Positions 59,188-62,271 of a stretch of 62,271 nt of DNA are shown here, piece after piece. Each line of letters begins with the position of its first letter. The stretch's first letter is position 1. The stretch is taken from assembly GCA_043778225.1 (NCBI GenBank), contig JAYWGM010000099.1:1-62271 (forward strand). The letters run 5' to 3'. Source of the stretch: Deinococcales bacterium (GTDB lineage Bacteria > Deinococcota > Deinococci > Deinococcales > JAAFIG01). The notes beneath the pieces are model-generated. The model ran no database searches. It worked only from the letters and a program-made list of their open reading frames with translations, and was not told the DNA's origin. The position numbers and the translations under genes were made by a program.

Positions 59188-59952
59188 ATGAATCCGATTG
59201 TCGTAGTCAAATACGGTGGTAATGCGATGAAGAAGCTCGAGTTGCGACGCGCCATCGCCCAAGAAATTGCCAATTTGCGTCGGACTCGAGCCGTGGTTGT
59301 GGTGCATGGTGGCGGTCCTGTGATTGAAAAAGATTTGGCTCGAGTCGGGATTGAATCAAGTTTTTTGCGTGGCTTACGGATTACGACCCCAGAAGCCCTC
59401 GAGGTCATCGAAAAAGCCATCACTGCTTTGAGTAAAGAATTGGCACAAGACATTGGCGAGGCAATCGGTTTAACGGGGCGCGATTGCAACCTCTTAAAAG
59501 CCAGAATCCTCGAGCCAGAATATGGGCGGGTTGGGCGGGTTTTTGAAGTCAACACCAGCTTAATCGAGACACTACTTGGTCAAAACATCACCCCAGTAAT
59601 TGGTTGTATAGCGCTAGATGCAAGCGGCGAACCCTTAAATGTCAATGCCGACTGGGCGGCTGGGGCAGTGGCAGGCTTACTGAACAGCGAAATTATCTTT
59701 TTAACCGATGTGGCTGGTGTGTTGCGCGACCCCAAAGACCCAAGCAGCTTACGCAAGAATTTACACGAACTTGATGCGATTTCGTGGATTGACCAAGGCA
59801 TCATCAGCGGCGGCATGATTCCCAAAGTTGAAGCTGCCTTGAATGCCCTAGCCATGGGCGCACCCCAAGCCACAATTGCCAGTGGGATGGAGGCTGGGAT
59901 TCTCGAGCTTGCCTTGCGTGGCGAAGCTGGCACAATTTTTACCCCAGATTGA
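59188..59952 (+). CDS. argB: Acetylglutamate kinase
   Basis: VKYGGNA, VHGGGP, GLRIT, NVNAD, GGMIPK. Confidence 0.95.
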   Translation: MNPIVVVKYGGNAMKKLELRRAIAQEIANLRRTRAVVVVHGGGPVIEKDLARVGIESSFLRGLRITTPEALEVIEKAITALSKELAQDIGEAIGLTGRDCNLLKARILEPEYGRVGRVFEVNTSLIETLLGQNITPVIGCIALDASGEPLNVNADWAAGAVAGLLNSEIIFLTDVAGVLRDPKDPSSLRKNLHELDAISWIDQGIISGGMIPKVEAALNALAMGAPQATIASGMEAGILELALRGEAGTIFTPD

Positions 59953-59962
59953 ATGGAGTGCT

Positions 59963-60217
59963 ATGAAACGTCCACACCGCTTGGTTATCGAAACCGATAT
60001 TACCGACAGCATTCTCGAGTTGCGCCTGCCCAATACCCATGCCAGACACCAAATCTCGGGGGCAGCAATTTTACTTTGGAACACTTGGAAACGCCAGCCA
60101 GACCTAGAGATGGGTATTCGAGCGGTGGTTAAAAAATATAACGTGCCACTTGCTCAAGCCCAAGCCGATGCCGAAAAACTTTATAGAGACCTTGAAACGG
60201 CTGGGTTGCTCGAGTGA
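59963..60217 (+). CDS. PqqD-like (RRE fold) small protein
   Basis: LW...YNVPLAQAQADAEKLYRDLETAGLL pattern; GGAG RBS. Confidence 0.65.
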   Translation: MKRPHRLVIETDITDSILELRLPNTHARHQISGAAILLWNTWKRQPDLEMGIRAVVKKYNVPLAQAQADAEKLYRDLETAGLLE

Positions 60218-60270
60218 TACCAAATTTGATAAGACAAATCCTTAGGGCTTTCCACGCTAGAATCTGGGTC

Positions 60271-61386
60271 ATGAAATGGTTTCTGTCTTTATTTTTGAGT
60301 GTACTGCTGGCTTCGGGGACTTTGGCGCAACTCGAGCAACCAGCCGCCTTGCCCAATACAAGTGCCGACCAAATCGCTGACCAAACGGTGCGCGATTGGC
60401 AAGCGGGGAAATTTAAGCCAGCCGTGCTTGACCCTAAAGCCGTTGCCGCGATCGAAAGCCCGACCGAATTGCTGCAAAAACAACTGCGTGCCTTGTCACA
60501 ACAAGTTCAGTTTACCCCAGCCCCGAAAGACGCTCGAGTCAGTTTTAACCTGCGCCGTGTCACCCAAGAAGAAAAAACTCGAGTCTATACTTATCCTGTC
60601 ACCTCTGATTCGCTGGGTGATGAAATCCTGACCGTGACCTTGGTTCAAGATGCCAGCACTTGGAAAGCCGAAAGTGTTCAAATCGGCACAAATGCTGATT
60701 TAATTCCAGAATTTGTCAAGACCATTTGGGGTGCTTGGTTGTTTGCCGCCATTTCGGCATTGCTGCTTTGGGCAAGCCTTGCCAAAACCCCATGGCGAGC
60801 CTTACTCGAGCAGAATGTCCAAACAATCAAAGCCTATAAAGGTATTTACATTGGCACATTTGCCTTTTTGTTTGGTTTATTTGCACTGGGAACACTGGTC
60901 GGTTTAGCCAACCCAAGCATCACCAAAGCAATTGGTGAATTTCTTGGCACGGTTTTGTCGGCAAATGGTGTGGCTGAACTGACCCAAACCAACGTTGCCA
61001 GTGCAGCTTTTGGGATTACATGGAACAATATGCGCTCTGGGATTTTTTTGACCAGTTTTGTACCGGGCAGTTTGTTTGCCGTGCCAGCCTATTTAATTGG
61101 GCTTTTCCAGTATCCATTTTATGGCTTGGCACTCGCCCCAGTTGGCACATTGCCTTTATCAGCGTGGCTGCTGCATATTCCGACGATTTTAATCGAGCTT
61201 GGCGCATATATTTTTATCGTTGCCTCGAGTGGCGTGATGCTTTACCGAATTATTAAAAAAACACCTTTTAGCTTTGCCTTTCTCGAGTACACGCGCTGCT
61301 TACCCATGGCGATTAGTTTTCTGGTGCTGGCAGCTTGGTATGAAGCCTTTGAAATTATTGTACTGATTCCACTTGTGCTGAAATGA
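60271..61386 (+). CDS. SpoIIM/DUF95 membrane protein with N-terminal secreted domain
   Basis: ITWNN, HIPTILIEL, LAAWYEA. Confidence 0.75.
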   Translation: MKWFLSLFLSVLLASGTLAQLEQPAALPNTSADQIADQTVRDWQAGKFKPAVLDPKAVAAIESPTELLQKQLRALSQQVQFTPAPKDARVSFNLRRVTQEEKTRVYTYPVTSDSLGDEILTVTLVQDASTWKAESVQIGTNADLIPEFVKTIWGAWLFAAISALLLWASLAKTPWRALLEQNVQTIKAYKGIYIGTFAFLFGLFALGTLVGLANPSITKAIGEFLGTVLSANGVAELTQTNVASAAFGITWNNMRSGIFLTSFVPGSLFAVPAYLIGLFQYPFYGLALAPVGTLPLSAWLLHIPTILIELGAYIFIVASSGVMLYRIIKKTPFSFAFLEYTRCLPMAISFLVLAAWYEAFEIIVLIPLVLK

Positions 61387-61973
61387 AAAAATGGTGGACT
61401 CGAGCGTTTTTTGGCTGCTTATTGTTTGGGGTTCTGCTCTACTCGAGCTTACTCTTTTGGGTGGCACTGGTTTCCGAAAGTAAAACCCCTCAAAATGCTG
61501 ATGCGATTATTGTGCTGGGCGCTCAGGCGTACTACCCGGCGGGGCGTTGGAATCCATGTTTGGTGGCTCGAGTAGAGCGTGGGGTCGAATTACTCCAAGC
61601 TGGTTTTGCACCGCGTTTGGTGTTAAGCGGCGGGGTAGACCAAGAAGATGGCGCAGTCGAAGCCAAAGTGATGCAGGAAATAGCGATTTCGTTTGGTGCT
61701 TTGCCCGAACAAACCCTGCTCGAGCCACGCAGTACCAGCACCGCCGAGAATTTGCGTTTTTCAAGTGCCTTATTGAGCAGCAAAAAGGTCTTGATTGTTT
61801 CTGACCCGTTTCATTTGGCTCGAGCTTCGGCGTTGGCGCGTAAGCTGGGGCTGCAAGCAACCGTGGTTGGTGCGCCAAAAAGCCCATGCTGGTCGCGCTT
61901 TGGGTTGTTCTCGAGATTTGCCTTGCGCGAACCACTGGCAATGATTGAAAATTGGTTGCGTGGCGATTTATAA
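61383..61973 (+). CDS. YdcF/DUF218 family protein
   Basis: DAIIVLG, SGG, EPRSTSTAEN, VSDPFHLAR, RE. Confidence 0.9.
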   Translation: MKKWWTRAFFGCLLFGVLLYSSLLFWVALVSESKTPQNADAIIVLGAQAYYPAGRWNPCLVARVERGVELLQAGFAPRLVLSGGVDQEDGAVEAKVMQEIAISFGALPEQTLLEPRSTSTAENLRFSSALLSSKKVLIVSDPFHLARASALARKLGLQATVVGAPKSPCWSRFGLFSRFALREPLAMIENWLRGDL

Positions 61974-62173
61974 ATCTAAGCAAAGGCATACAGTGCCTCG
62001 AAATGGCGGCTTACGATATTCAGAGTAAAGTCTTGACTTGACCTACTAGCTATACTAAACTTCTTTTGTGCAACTTTTGCTGGCTCGTCATCCAAACCGA
62101 CTCGATGCCGAACATCCCATACTGATTGAGAATTTACTCGAGTTCAGTGCAAATCAGCAACAAGCAGCAATTG

Positions 62174-62271
62174 ATACCAAATTAAGGTAAAGAATCGCTT
62201 TTTGATTCTTTACCCGACCAACGGGAGTATTAACGATACCGAATTTAACGCGAGAACGGCAGTTTGCCGTT
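62174..62271 (-). mobile_element. Second copy of the MITE-like repeat, cut by the window end
   Basis: ATACCAAATT end, GGTAAAGAATC/GATTCTTTACC stem, CCGACCAACGGGAGTA core, ATACCGAATTT. Confidence 0.7.

Noticed and set aside
61974..62190. Short gene fragment VQLLLARHPN...
   Set aside because: Only about 40 codons, with no RBS or recognisable motif

Overview
About 62 kb of bacterial chromosome, most likely from a Deinococcota (Deinococcales/Meiothermus-like) organism. Support for that: a DrdV-like restriction-modification enzyme, long RecJ, bshC, an rpsA with an acidic N-terminal tail, and TANNNT boxes directly before most start codons. Most of the window is housekeeping or envelope genes: a BaeSR-like two-component system, a TolC x2/MacAB efflux operon, apbE-DUF2271-PepSY, pepF, miaB, lacZ, mqnP, buk, htrA, recJ, two tRNAs, rpsA, rpmB and argB. 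Small accessory inserts are a DUF3800 gene, a type II C5 R-M pair, toxin/immunity-like cassettes and a type IIL R-M enzyme after tRNA-Leu. The strongest unexplained signals are: (1) massive HIP1/DUS-like iteration of the palindrome CTCGAG in all reading frames and inside terminators, with near-absence of GGCC; (2) a DUF3800 RNase-H-like gene with a structured RNA overlapping its stop codon; (3) a MITE-like repeat family with a conserved scaffold but swapped hairpin sequences; (4) two unannotated paralogous small proteins sharing GQERLxxLxxEA; (5) miaB apparently starting at ATA. All counts were made by eye and all family assignments come from motif recognition, not database searches.
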